Below are positions 1 to 9,295 of a DNA stretch of 64,000 nt, piece by piece. Under the pieces are notes generated by a model, which worked only from the letters and a program-made list of their open reading frames with translations, was not told where the DNA came from and did not search any database. Made by a program: the position numbers and the translations under genes. The DNA is from Candidatus Norongarragalinales archaeon (GTDB lineage: Archaea > Micrarchaeota > Micrarchaeia > Norongarragalinales > Norongarragalinaceae). Positions within the stretch are counted from its first letter, which is position 1, and each line of letters begins with the position of its first letter. The stretch covers positions 288,001 to 352,000 of the forward strand of contig JAWABJ010000001.1 of assembly GCA_038884755.1 (NCBI GenBank). The letters run 5' to 3'.

Positions 1-379
1 CGTGCTCTCCTTTTTTCGCCGTCGCCTTGAATTCCCATTTCGCTTTCCTGTCGATTGAAGGGATGTTTACGCCTCGGGCTATGAACACGCCCGTTTTCTC
101 GCGGATGACGTCCAGCGGGCGTTGGGTTCCGTCGAAAATTCCCGCGAGCAAGCCCGGGCCTAATTCCAATTCAAGTTGTGAGCCTGTTCCTTCGACCTTG
201 TCGCCTGGCTTGAGGCCTGAAGTTTCCTCGTAAACTTGTATCGAAGCGCGGTCTTCCTTCAAGGCGATTATTTCGCCGATTAGTTCTTGCTTTCCGACTT
301 TCACGACTTCGTTGATTTGGCTTCCTCGCATTCCACTGGCGATGATAAGCGGCCCAGAAATTTTTGCAATTTCACCCAT
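1..379 (-). CDS. atpA: A/V-type ATP synthase subunit A, 5' part (runs off the window edge; not in ORF track)
   Basis: Manual translation from ATG at 379: MGEIAKISGPLIIASGMRGSQINEVVKVGKQELIGEIIALKEDRASIQVYEETSGLKPGD...LELGPGLLAGIFDGTQRPL. GGTGA SD upstream; follows subunit F. Confidence 0.97.
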   Translation of the reverse strand, partial: MGEIAKISGPLIIASGMRGSQINEVVKVGKQELIGEIIALKEDRASIQVYEETSGLKPGDKVEGTGSQLELELGPGLLAGIFDGTQRPLDVIREKTGVFIARGVNIPSIDRKAKWEFKATAKKGEH

Positions 380-403
380 TTTCAAAACTCACCTTTTTTT
401 TTT

Positions 404-721
404 TCATTTTTCAGCTAAGTCAACGCCAATCGCGCGTTTTACCATCGCGCTTATGCTTTCCCCGCCGGCTTGCGTCTTCCCGCTTTTTCCTGGGATTGAA
501 ATCACTATGGGCTTGGTGCTGGCTTCCAATCGTTTTTTGGTTTTAAGCGCAAGGAAGGGAATCAGGTCTTCGTCCAAAATCACCAGCCCCACTTTCTCGT
601 CGTCCATGAGCGCGTTGAGCTTCGAGTCGGCGTTTTGAGAATCGCATTCTGCCGTAATGCGTATTCCGGCAAGCTTATACCCCACTAGCACTTCAGGAAA
701 GCCGACTGCCGCAATCTCCAT
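404..721 (-). CDS. atpF: A/V-type ATP synthase subunit F
   Basis: 105 aa, IAAVG...GYKLAGI and P-I-V-I-S-I-P...VKRAIGVDL pattern; operon position. Confidence 0.93.
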   Translation of the reverse strand: MEIAAVGFPEVLVGYKLAGIRITAECDSQNADSKLNALMDDEKVGLVILDEDLIPFLALKTKKRLEASTKPIVISIPGKSGKTQAGGESISAMVKRAIGVDLAEK

Positions 722-739
722 TTTCTTTCACACAACCTT

Positions 740-1747
740 TCAAGCGTTTATCGCGAAAACGTACTGGCCTATTTCGCCCGTCAGGTCGAAGGCGTTGGCG
801 TAGGCTATCTTGCGCAAGTTTGAAACTTCGACGCCCTTGAGGAAAACGAACCCGACGATGGTTGCGAAGTCCATGACGCTTCTTTTCGACAATGCAAGCA
901 TTTTCGAGACCGTTTTCCTTTCCAGCGCGATTTCGAACAGTGGAAGCGACTGTTTGGCCTTCGCCGTTTCTTCCGTGCTAAGGCCGAAAGCTTCGACCAC
1001 TTCCTTCAGCGCCGCGTCGTAGTCCTGCGCTTGCAGCATTCGCGCGACGAGCGCGTTTTTGTAGGAAACTTGTTCCTCCGCGTTCTTGACACCTTCCTTT
1101 TTCAGCCTCAGCACGGCCATGGCGTTTTCCAGGGCAAGCTGCTGCCCGATTATTTTTGCGGTAAGCGGGTCTGCTTTCGCGGCGAGCGTTTGCAACTGTC
1201 TTGCCCTCTCGCCTTCAATCTCACGTATGGCCTGCTTCAAGTCCGGATTGCGTTTCGCCATTTCCCTGATTTTGTTCTTGAACCTGCGCGAGCCCCACTT
1301 GGAGGCGATCGCCTCGAGCGCTTCAGGCAGGGTTTTGGCGGTAAGGGCGGGCGCATAAATCCTTTCGTTCTTGCCGCCTAAAGCTAAAAGCTCTTCCCTC
1401 GCGGTTTCCATTCCCAGCGCTTTCTTTGAAAGTATGAGCTTGAAGTTTTGCGCGTCCCACTCGCAGGCTAGCGCAGAGAACAGCCGCCTTCCTTCGGAAG
1501 GGAGGACTTTCCCGACTTTCGCCATGGTTTTCGCCATGTTCGCGTGCAAAGCGACGTCTATCCTCTGCACGCCGGAATAGCTTTTTGAGGCTTCCACCAA
1601 ATCCTGCTTGTACGGCGTCTGCTCGAGGATTGCGGTGATTTCGTCCATGGTTTTCACTTGCATAAGCTCGCGGAAAGCGTTTTCGTCGAGTAGGTTGCTC
1701 CTCATTCCCTTGACGCGCGCGTTTGCGTAAGCGTAACTCAAGTCCAT
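740..1747 (-). CDS. atpC: A/V-type ATP synthase subunit C
   Basis: Start MDLSYAYANARVKGMRSNLL; C-terminal EVSNLRKIA; lies between subunits E and F. Confidence 0.92.
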   Translation of the reverse strand: MDLSYAYANARVKGMRSNLLDENAFRELMQVKTMDEITAILEQTPYKQDLVEASKSYSGVQRIDVALHANMAKTMAKVGKVLPSEGRRLFSALACEWDAQNFKLILSKKALGMETAREELLALGGKNERIYAPALTAKTLPEALEAIASKWGSRRFKNKIREMAKRNPDLKQAIREIEGERARQLQTLAAKADPLTAKIIGQQLALENAMAVLRLKKEGVKNAEEQVSYKNALVARMLQAQDYDAALKEVVEAFGLSTEETAKAKQSLPLFEIALERKTVSKMLALSKRSVMDFATIVGFVFLKGVEVSNLRKIAYANAFDLTGEIGQYVFAINA

Positions 1748-1754
1748 GCGTTTT

Positions 1755-2393
1755 TCACTTTCCTCTTTTCTTTTTCTCCCGCCCGCCGGATTTTGCCTCT
1801 CGCTTCGGGGCGGAAGGAGCGTGCTTCGCACGAGTTGCGAAAAGCCCTTCGAACGCCTTTTGCTTGATTTTCTCTTGATGTTCTTCAAGCAAGGCTTCAA
1901 ACGTGTTGTTTATTTGAATGCTTCCGTCGGCCTTGGCCGCAATCAAACCTCCAGCAGTGCTTATGGTTTCTGAAACGCGCCCGTGCTTCGAGCCGAGTTT
2001 CTTGTCGCGCGCGTTGGTTTTCAGCACGAATTCTTTTTCCCCTAGCGCGCGTATGGCCTGCTTTGCGAGCGAGTCGAAAATTTTTTCGTAAGCCTTGGTT
2101 TTGGAAAAGCTTTCCAACTCCCTTTTGACTTCGCCGAGCACGCTTTCGACTACCTCTTCTTTCGCTTCGCTTTCGACGCGTTTTGCCTGCAGCAATGCTG
2201 ATGCTTTTAGTTCCGCCGCAAGTTCTTTCGCCTGCGTTTCACCCAGTTTTTGTTTTTCGGCGACGATCGCCTTGGCTTTTTCCTTGGCTTCGCCGATAAT
2301 CTTGTCTCGCTCGCGCTCGGCTTCGTCCAAAATCGCCTTGGCTTGCCTTTCGGCTTGCAAAAGCACCTCGTGTTTCAGTTTTTCCAAGCTCAT
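1755..2393 (-). CDS. atpE: A/V-type ATP synthase subunit E
   Basis: MSLEKLKHEVL, long coiled coil, GGLI...DGSIQINNTFE motif; alternative GTG start at 2402. Confidence 0.92.
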   Translation of the reverse strand: MSLEKLKHEVLLQAERQAKAILDEAERERDKIIGEAKEKAKAIVAEKQKLGETQAKELAAELKASALLQAKRVESEAKEEVVESVLGEVKRELESFSKTKAYEKIFDSLAKQAIRALGEKEFVLKTNARDKKLGSKHGRVSETISTAGGLIAAKADGSIQINNTFEALLEEHQEKIKQKAFEGLFATRAKHAPSAPKREAKSGGREKKKRGK

Positions 2394-2444
2394 GCCGTTC
2401 ACTTTCCCCCCCGTTCCTTCGTATGCCCGGGGGTGAGCCGTGAT

Positions 2445-2675
2445 TCAGCCGCCCATCTTTCCGAGCAGAAAGAACGCTATGACGAAACCAAGGATTACGA
2501 TGGTTTCGGGCAAGGCGAGCATGATTAGCACCTGTCCTTCCTTGCCTTCTTTTTCGGCCATCAAGCCGAGTCCGGCGGCTCCGATGCTCGACTGCGCCAA
2601 TCCCGTGCCCAACGCTGCCAGGCCTACTGCCAATCCGGCTCCGACGGCAATCAAGCCGGGTCCAAAGTCTACCAT
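2445..2675 (-). CDS. atpK: A/V-type ATP synthase proteolipid subunit K/c (single hairpin)
   Basis: 76 aa, two Gly/Ala-rich TM helices, LPETIVILGF with the ion-binding Glu. Confidence 0.95.
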   Translation of the reverse strand: MVDFGPGLIAVGAGLAVGLAALGTGLAQSSIGAAGLGLMAEKEGKEGQVLIMLALPETIVILGFVIAFFLLGKMGG

Positions 2676-2731
2676 TTCGTTTTACACCTCTTTTTTTCGT
2701 TAGCTTAAAATACGCGTGACGCGAGAAAACC

Positions 2732-4627
2732 TTAGTCCTCCCTCAAAGGCACGAATCGCGTGCCTCCACCCTTGTAAAACTTGGAGTAAAATTCTACGTA
2801 ATGCAGCCTTAAAGACTGTATTCCTGCTTCGAGCAGGCCGAGTGCAATCGCAACCGCGTGTCCCAGCACTAGCATGATTGCGAAGAGGATGAACGAAACT
2901 ATTGCGCTTGGCTGGAGGGTTGCGAGCGAAGCGAAGTCAAGCGGTATTGTCGCCACTATGCCGGCGAGCGCGACGCCGCTCAGTCCCAAAGCCATTATTC
3001 TCAAGTATGAGAGGACGTTGGAGAAGAGCGATGGGATTTCCATGAGCTGCACCGGCCCTTCGAAGTAGACCAATCCGGCGATTCCCGCGGTGAACAGCCC
3101 CAAGTCGAAGGGCGACGGGATTATCCTCAAGAATTGCAGGTATTCCGTGAAAATCAAGTGCATGGAATTAGCGAGGAATGCGATGAACCCGAAGAGTATG
3201 GCAAGCCACGAGATTTTCGCGTAAGCGTGGTTGTAGTGCTTTTCGCGAACGCCTTGCCACGCGCCCAAAACCAGCCCGAGCGTAATGTGCAGGAATCCGA
3301 TTAGCACGCTCAACGCGAAAAGCACTTCGATTCCGTGCTCGTGGACGCGGGAAAGCAAAGGCGTGAAGTGGTATCCAAAAACCTCTTCCAGCCCGAATAT
3401 TTCCGCGTAAATGAAGCCGAAAACAATTGTGGATATGGCGCTTAGCGCGAGCATTCCGCCTATGCTGTTGAAAACCCCTTTCTTGAACTTGAGCATGAAA
3501 TACACGCCGAGCAAAAGCAGGATTAGGCCGTAGCCAATGTCGCCCAAAATCATGCCGAAAAACAACGGGAACGTGATTGCCGTGAAGAACGTCGGGTCAA
3601 TTTCCCTGTAGCGCGGGAGGGAAAAGAATTCCACCATGAACTCGAACGGGCGCAGGGCGAAAATGTTCTTGAGCTTCGTGGGAGGCATTTCGCGAGTTTC
3701 CACCTTCTCGACGAGCGTCCTGTTGTCCAGCCTTTCGGAAAGGGTTTTTTCCAGCTCGCGAAAGCTTTTCTCGGCCACCCAGCCTTCGGCGCAACTCGCC
3801 ATTTGCGTCTGCCCGAATTTCGAGGGAAGCTCGGCTTTCTTGAACTCCCTTTCTAAAGCCTTTCTCAAGGATACTATCCGCGAGCCGTGTTTGGCAGAGA
3901 AAGAAGCGAGTTCATTGTTCAACGCGTAAATGCGTTTTTGCGTTTCCGCGATTTGCTTTCGGGTTTCGGCGTAATCGCGGGAGGGCAAGTCGCATTGCGG
4001 CAGGGAAACTTCCTTTGCAAAGGCCGAAAGCGCTTGCCTCGCCTTGTCTGCCTTCCTCTTGTCCCAGGCGGCGAGGACTTTCGCGCTTTTCCCTTCGCCC
4101 AACGCTATGGCCTGCCCGAATTCGCGCGCTTTCGCAAGGGTTTTCTGCAAATCGCCGGTTTCGAACAGCGCGAACTCGAGGATTTGCGTTTGCGACTGGA
4201 TTCTGCCCAAATGCAAGTCGAGGTTTTTGAAAGTCGCGAGCTCGCGCTCCTTGTTTTTCAAGTCGCTGAGCCTGCTTTCAAGCTCTTGTTTTTCCGAAAC
4301 CAGCGCGTCCAGGCTTGAGAGCGGGATTGCTGCAAAACGGCTTTCGGTTTCGACGAGGTTTCCTGTAAAGGGAATACCGTGGTTTTTCAACCCAAGCGTG
4401 CTTTCCGCAGCCCGTGCTTTCACGAGCATTTTGGAAACGGTTTCAAGCGCGTGCGAAGGCGCGCCGGGGCTGAAGGTTTTCGAGCGGGTGACGTGAATCG
4501 CTCCAAACTCGTACAAAGCCTGCACCACCGCGTCCAAGTCCTTGTTGGTGCACAGCACGCGCGCTTTCGCCATGGGTTCTACGTCAAACAATCCAAAAAC
4601 CTTTTTCGCTTTTTCAGTTTTTTGCAA
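2732..4627 (-). CDS. atpI: A/V-type ATP synthase subunit I/a
   Basis: PPTKLKN, P-x-Y-x-E-I-D-P-T, FFGMILGDIGYG, LSYLRIMALGL, LRLHYVEFYSKFY; true start may be slightly downstream. Confidence 0.97.
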   Translation of the reverse strand: MQKTEKAKKVFGLFDVEPMAKARVLCTNKDLDAVVQALYEFGAIHVTRSKTFSPGAPSHALETVSKMLVKARAAESTLGLKNHGIPFTGNLVETESRFAAIPLSSLDALVSEKQELESRLSDLKNKERELATFKNLDLHLGRIQSQTQILEFALFETGDLQKTLAKAREFGQAIALGEGKSAKVLAAWDKRKADKARQALSAFAKEVSLPQCDLPSRDYAETRKQIAETQKRIYALNNELASFSAKHGSRIVSLRKALEREFKKAELPSKFGQTQMASCAEGWVAEKSFRELEKTLSERLDNRTLVEKVETREMPPTKLKNIFALRPFEFMVEFFSLPRYREIDPTFFTAITFPLFFGMILGDIGYGLILLLLGVYFMLKFKKGVFNSIGGMLALSAISTIVFGFIYAEIFGLEEVFGYHFTPLLSRVHEHGIEVLFALSVLIGFLHITLGLVLGAWQGVREKHYNHAYAKISWLAILFGFIAFLANSMHLIFTEYLQFLRIIPSPFDLGLFTAGIAGLVYFEGPVQLMEIPSLFSNVLSYLRIMALGLSGVALAGIVATIPLDFASLATLQPSAIVSFILFAIMLVLGHAVAIALGLLEAGIQSLRLHYVEFYSKFYKGGGTRFVPLRED

Positions 4628-4642
4628 CGCGCGAGAAAAGCG

Positions 4643-5011
4643 TCAGTGGGGCGGGAGGATTTCTTTCGCAAGCTTCGAGGCGAGCTGCTTGAACCCTTTT
4701 TTCTTGATTTCCGCAGCTTTGGTGTGTGCTTCCGCCAGGATTTTACTGTTTTCAGCCTCGACCTCTGCTTTCTTCGCGTTCACTATCGCCTCGCGCTTTT
4801 CCTCCGCTTCCAGCTCGGCGTTTGAAACAATTTCGCTCGCCTTTTGCCTGGCTTTCGCGACCGTTTCCGACGCCTGCTCCTGAGCTTTCGCAAGGATTTT
4901 TTTCGCGTGCTCTTCCGCGCCGGCGACTTCCTCGACGCTCTTGCTGAAAGCCGCCGGTTCATCGCGTGGATGGCCGTGTTCGGACAACGTAACCCCTCTT
5001 TTTTTTTCCAT
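4643..5011 (-). CDS. atpH: A/V-type ATP synthase subunit H/G
   Basis: Charged Ala/Glu/Lys coiled coil at the head of the H-I-K-E-C-F-A operon; start uncertain. Confidence 0.75.
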   Translation of the reverse strand: MEKKRGVTLSEHGHPRDEPAAFSKSVEEVAGAEEHAKKILAKAQEQASETVAKARQKASEIVSNAELEAEEKREAIVNAKKAEVEAENSKILAEAHTKAAEIKKKGFKQLASKLAKEILPPH

Positions 5012-5182
5012 AGGAAAAAGCGTTTCAACTAAGGACGCTTTTCAAATAGAATTTAAAGCACGTATGTATTTAAACATTATTTAGCATCGGGACTATTGGA
5101 TTGCCGTTCCAAGAAAATACCCGGAAAATATTTTCCCGTATTGTCTGTAATGTTTTTTAGCGCCGCGCGCATGGGTGTTGTG

Positions 5183-6439
5183 ATGGTTGAACACAAGGTG
5201 AAGGACGCGTTCCTGAAAGACGCGGGCTTGAAGAAAATAAACTGGGCGAGGAAGCACATGCCCGTGCTGGAAGGCATAAAGGCGGATTTCGAAAAGCGCA
5301 AGCCTTTGAAGGGGCAGCGTATCGCCTGCTGCCTGCACGTTACAAAGGAAACTGCCGTTTTGATGGAAACGCTCAAGGCAGGCGGGGCGCAAGTGGCCCT
5401 ATGCCAATCCAACCCGCTGAGCACGCAGGACGACGTTGCAGCCTCTCTTGTCGCGGAAGGCATAAGCGTTTTCGCCTGGCGGGGTGTGGACAAGGAAGGT
5501 TATTACTGGTCGCTCAACAAAGTTCTCGACATCAAACCCACGATTACCATCGACGACGGGGCGGACTTGATTACGGAAATCCACACCAAACGCACTGCGT
5601 TGGTGAAAGGCGTTTTGGGCGGGCAGGAGGAGACCACCACCGGCGTAATACGCTTGCGTGCTTTGGCCAAGGACGGGAAGCTCTTGTACCCCGTCATTGC
5701 AGTGAACGACACGCCCACGAAGCACTTGTTCGACAATTACTACGGCACTTCACAGTCCACCATAGACGGGATACTGCGCGCGACGAACGTTTTGATTGCG
5801 GGAACTACGTTCGTAATCGCGGGGTACGGCGATTGCGGAAAGGGACTGGCGGAAAGAGCGAAAGGCATGGGCGCGAGCGTGGTAGTCGTCGAGCCGAGGC
5901 CAGTCGAGGCTTTGCGGGCGCATTTGAACGGGTTCAGGGTGATGCCCATGCGCGAGGCTGCAAAGCTCGCGGACATAATAGTTACCGTCACGGGCAACAA
6001 GCACGTGATTCGCGAAGAGCACTTCAAGAACTTGAAAGACGGGACGATAATCGCGAACTCGGGGCATTTCAACGTTGAAATAGACGTTGCCGCGCTGGAA
6101 AAAACGAGCAAATCCAAAAGCGAAATTCGCGACAACGTGGTTGAGTATGAGCTGAAGGACGGGCGGAAGGTTTTCGTGCTTGCGGAAGGGCGTTTGGTGA
6201 ACTTGAGCGCTGCCGAAGGGCATCCGAGCGAAGTGATGGACTTGAGCTTTTCAAACCAGGCTTTGTGTTCTGCGTATCTTGCAGAGCATTCTAAGCTTTT
6301 GGAAAAAAAGGTTTACGACGTGCCGCACGAGATCGACGAGAGGATAGCACGGTTGAAGCTCAAGTCTCTTGGTGTGGAAACCGAAAAACTGACTCCAGAA
6401 CAGGAAAAGTACCTGCAATCTTGGCTCGAAGGAACTTGA
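5183..6439 (+). CDS. ahcY: Adenosylhomocysteinase
   Basis: CLHVTKET, SNPLSTQD, EETTTG, KHLFDNYYGT, GYGDCGKG, GHFNVE, GHPSEVMD. Confidence 0.98.
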   Translation: MVEHKVKDAFLKDAGLKKINWARKHMPVLEGIKADFEKRKPLKGQRIACCLHVTKETAVLMETLKAGGAQVALCQSNPLSTQDDVAASLVAEGISVFAWRGVDKEGYYWSLNKVLDIKPTITIDDGADLITEIHTKRTALVKGVLGGQEETTTGVIRLRALAKDGKLLYPVIAVNDTPTKHLFDNYYGTSQSTIDGILRATNVLIAGTTFVIAGYGDCGKGLAERAKGMGASVVVVEPRPVEALRAHLNGFRVMPMREAAKLADIIVTVTGNKHVIREEHFKNLKDGTIIANSGHFNVEIDVAALEKTSKSKSEIRDNVVEYELKDGRKVFVLAEGRLVNLSAAEGHPSEVMDLSFSNQALCSAYLAEHSKLLEKKVYDVPHEIDERIARLKLKSLGVETEKLTPEQEKYLQSWLEGT

Positions 6440-6449
6440 GCTTTTTTTT

Positions 6450-7289
6450 TTACTTTCTTTTTCCCGTTTTTTCCTGCTTGCGGTTTTTCGGAGGAATCCA
6501 CACCGCGGTTTGCGTTTTTGAGTAGAGGAAGTAAACCGCGCCCAGGCCGATTGCGAGGTAACCCGCGTAGTAGAGGAAGTCCACCTGATGCCCGGTTTGG
6601 TACAAGTCTTTTTCAACCAAGTATCCAAAGATGATGTCGAATATCGAGCGGGCGGCAAAAGCGAAAGCCAACAACATCCAGTACCAGCGCGTTTGCTTAT
6701 AGCCGAACTGCGTCGCCTCTTCGGAAAGTATGAGCGCTATTGAAAGTGAAACGACGAACAAGAGAAAGTCCCCAGCTATGTAAGTGAGGTTGATCGTCCG
6801 TTCCAAACCCGTCGTCCCTGCCGTGAAAATCGATGGGGCGCTGAAAACCAGAATTGCGCTGATTATCGACGCGCCGATTCCTGCTATGACGTTGAATTGC
6901 GACAAGCGGGTTTCGCCCAAAACGAATTTTCCGAACCACTTGACTAGCGCGAAAATCAAGAGCGGGTATCCCAAAACCCAAAAAACGTCTGAAACGGAAG
7001 GAAACGGCGCCGGAATGTGCAGGAGGACTTCCTGGACGAGCCAGGCGACGTCGCCGAAAAACCACGCGAGAATGCCCATGTGCACGAAAAGCCAAAAGCG
7101 CCTGTTCTCCTTGTCGTACTGCGAGGCTACGAACGCGGCGAGAGTGTAGTATACGGCGTAAAACGAAAATGCGACGTTCAGGACGTTTCCCGCGATGAAA
7201 ACCGATCCGGCGTCAAGCGTTTTTATGAACGCGTGGAACAAGACAGCAAGCGCTACGAGCAAAACCCCGATTTTCTCTTCAAAACGCAT
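6450..7289 (-). CDS. Polytopic membrane protein resembling the membrane sensor region of signalling proteins, with no output domain
   Basis: About 8 hydrophobic helices; W-F-F-G-D-x-x-W...P-F-P-S-x-S-D-x-F-W-x-x-G-Y-P pattern; repeated GD/D-x-x-Y helices. Confidence 0.65.
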   Translation of the reverse strand: MRFEEKIGVLLVALAVLFHAFIKTLDAGSVFIAGNVLNVAFSFYAVYYTLAAFVASQYDKENRRFWLFVHMGILAWFFGDVAWLVQEVLLHIPAPFPSVSDVFWVLGYPLLIFALVKWFGKFVLGETRLSQFNVIAGIGASIISAILVFSAPSIFTAGTTGLERTINLTYIAGDFLLFVVSLSIALILSEEATQFGYKQTRWYWMLLAFAFAARSIFDIIFGYLVEKDLYQTGHQVDFLYYAGYLAIGLGAVYFLYSKTQTAVWIPPKNRKQEKTGKRK

Positions 7290-7298
7290 TTTCGGTTG

Positions 7299-8333
7299 TT
7301 ACCTCGTTATTTGGAACGATTGGACTTCGCTCAAGTGCTCTTTCGCCTTCCCGCTTTCAAAGTGCTTTCTCGCCGGCGCCACGAGACCGTCGACTTCTGA
7401 AGCTACGGCGTTTTTAAAGTCCGCAGGATGCAATTCGCCTTTGGCGAAAGCCTCTTCGACTTGGGCGTAGGAGGAAAACTCAGCGTCCCCGCCGAACTTC
7501 ACCGGCCTTTCCACCTTGAAAGAATCCTTGCACACGAAAATCAAGTCGCGAGCGTAAGCAAGAACTGCATTCCCTTCGACGGTTTTCTCGGGGCAGAACG
7601 CTTTCGACAGCTTTCTTTTTATCTCATCGTGCGAGTCGTGGATGAATATTGCCGAATCGGGCTTGCTCTTGCTCATCTTGATTTCCTCTCCCGAAAGCGA
7701 GGAAAGCAATTTGTGGTGCAATGCAACAGGCGCGATCCACCCCATTTTCGGGAATACCTCGCGTGCGAGCATGTGCACTTTCCGCTGGTCCATTCCCGCG
7801 TGCGCAATGTCCGCGCCCAAAAACTTGATGTCGACGCTTTGCATGGACGGGTAGATGTACTTCGCAACGTCCAGCGTCTCGCTTTCACTGCGCCCGAGTA
7901 TTTGCATGGTGCGCGTGGCGCGCGCAAGCGTGACGTGAGTGGAAAAGCGCAGGACGCTCTGCCAGTATTCGTCGTTGTGGCGGTAAAGCTCGGTGCCGCG
8001 CACGATTTTCGCCTTGGGGCAGTAAAAGCGGAATGCTTCCTCGTAGTATTTCGAGGCGCTTTGGATTTTTCCGATGTCGCCGCCTAGCTTGCCGTTGATT
8101 ACGGAATGCCAGTCGGCAAGGAAAACGGTGGTCTCGACGCCGGCTTTGGAAAGGTTGTTTATCACGCTTCCGCTCACGAGCAGGGAGCCCACGTGCAACA
8201 ACCCGGATATTTCAAAACCAATGTAGTGCTTCGGGTGCGCGTTGGTTTCGAAAAGCTGCTTCAGCTCGTCTTGCGTGACGACTTCTTGAACAGGCGGCTT
8301 GAGCGCGAGGTCGAGTTTCGAATGCAAGTCCAT
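7299..8333 (-). CDS. tyrS: Tyrosine--tRNA ligase (archaeal type)
   Basis: YIGFEISG, HVGS (HIGH), YPSMQSVD, GMDQRKVHMLARE, KMSKS. Confidence 0.97.
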   Translation of the reverse strand: MDLHSKLDLALKPPVQEVVTQDELKQLFETNAHPKHYIGFEISGLLHVGSLLVSGSVINNLSKAGVETTVFLADWHSVINGKLGGDIGKIQSASKYYEEAFRFYCPKAKIVRGTELYRHNDEYWQSVLRFSTHVTLARATRTMQILGRSESETLDVAKYIYPSMQSVDIKFLGADIAHAGMDQRKVHMLAREVFPKMGWIAPVALHHKLLSSLSGEEIKMSKSKPDSAIFIHDSHDEIKRKLSKAFCPEKTVEGNAVLAYARDLIFVCKDSFKVERPVKFGGDAEFSSYAQVEEAFAKGELHPADFKNAVASEVDGLVAPARKHFESGKAKEHLSEVQSFQITR

Positions 8334-8373
8334 GAAAAACCAGTTTTTATTATTTCACCGAGTAATAAAAACC

Positions 8374-8757
8374 ATGCTTAAAATCAGGCGCAACGCGCTG
8401 GAAAGCGCGCTGCAAGGCGCGCGCGAGACGCACCCCGACGAGTTCATTTGCCTGCTGCGCGGGGATAAAGTTAAAGACAGCAAGGACGATTGGCTCGTCA
8501 CGGAAGTAATCATACCGCCTTTCGCTTCCTACGAGCTCAACGCTTCGAGCTTTTCCCCGTGGTTTATTCCCGCAAACTCGAAAGAGCTTGCCACATTCCA
8601 CTCGCACCCTTCGCCGAGTTCTGCATACCCGTCGCGCCAGGATTTGAAAATGTTTTCCAACAGCCTTTTCAATCTAATCGCCTGCTTTCCCTATAGAATT
8701 CAAGACACTAACTCTTTCGACTCCAAGGGAAAGAAAATTTCTTTCAAGATAGTGTAA
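8374..8757 (+). CDS. JAMM/MPN+ metalloprotease (Mov34 family)
   Basis: HPDEF near N-terminus and FHSHPSPSSAYPSRQD (H-x-H...S-x-x-D). Confidence 0.9.
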   Translation: MLKIRRNALESALQGARETHPDEFICLLRGDKVKDSKDDWLVTEVIIPPFASYELNASSFSPWFIPANSKELATFHSHPSPSSAYPSRQDLKMFSNSLFNLIACFPYRIQDTNSFDSKGKKISFKIV

Positions 8758-8764
8758 ATTTTTT

Positions 8765-9280
8765 TCATCCCGGTGGCGTTGGAACTTCATAGTCTATTTC
8801 CGGAGATGGTTCCAGCGAAGGCTGTGGTTGTGTGTCTTCCACTAACTCTTCTTCGCTATTTTCAACAAAAACATCTTCCGGCGTTTCTTCCTGTTGTTGT
8901 CCGCTTTCACTTTCTTCTGACGATTGAATGTTTTCATTATCTTCTGACGATTGAATGTTTTCATTAACGGTTTTTTCTACCGTATTTTTTAAAGTTTGTG
9001 GGGAAGGGTTCAATTCCAAGTTTTTTTCAATAGAACTACTAACCTCTCTTGAAGGTAATGGCGGGTGCAAGAAGAACGCGGAAGTCAAAACCAAACCCAA
9101 AAATAAGATTATCGCCGCGTTTAAGGACGGAATTCCCCTGTCTTCCAGCGGGTATATGAACCACTCGTAAACCCTCAACCCCTTGTTTTCAAGCCAATCG
9201 CAAACTCCGTAATAATAGTTTTCAAGCTTTTCCCAAAAAGTAGGAGTTTTTGAATCCCCTTGTCCCTTCTCTCCGTACAT
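8765..9280 (-). CDS. Small membrane-anchored protein: giant-protein-type N-terminal anchor, one TM and acidic low-complexity tail
   Basis: LENYYYGVCDWLENKGLRVYEWFIYPLEDRGIPS matches the N-terminus of the 2037-aa ORF (20/34 identical by eye), followed by a TM and an E/P/S/Q-rich tail. Confidence 0.8.
   Translation of the reverse strand: MYGEKGQGDSKTPTFWEKLENYYYGVCDWLENKGLRVYEWFIYPLEDRGIPSLNAAIILFLGLVLTSAFFLHPPLPSREVSSSIEKNLELNPSPQTLKNTVEKTVNENIQSSEDNENIQSSEESESGQQQEETPEDVFVENSEEELVEDTQPQPSLEPSPEIDYEVPTPPG
8913..8966. repeat. Exact 27-bp tandem duplication (x2), in frame (NENIQSSED/E)
   Basis: tcttctgacgattgaatgttttcatta at 8913-8939 and 8940-8966. Confidence 0.95.
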
Positions 9281-9295
9281 GTTAATTCCGTTTTT

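Noticed and set aside
8913..8966. CRISPR-like repeat
   Set aside because: Two contiguous copies without a spacer, in frame within a CDS; no cas genes or arrays anywhere in the window.
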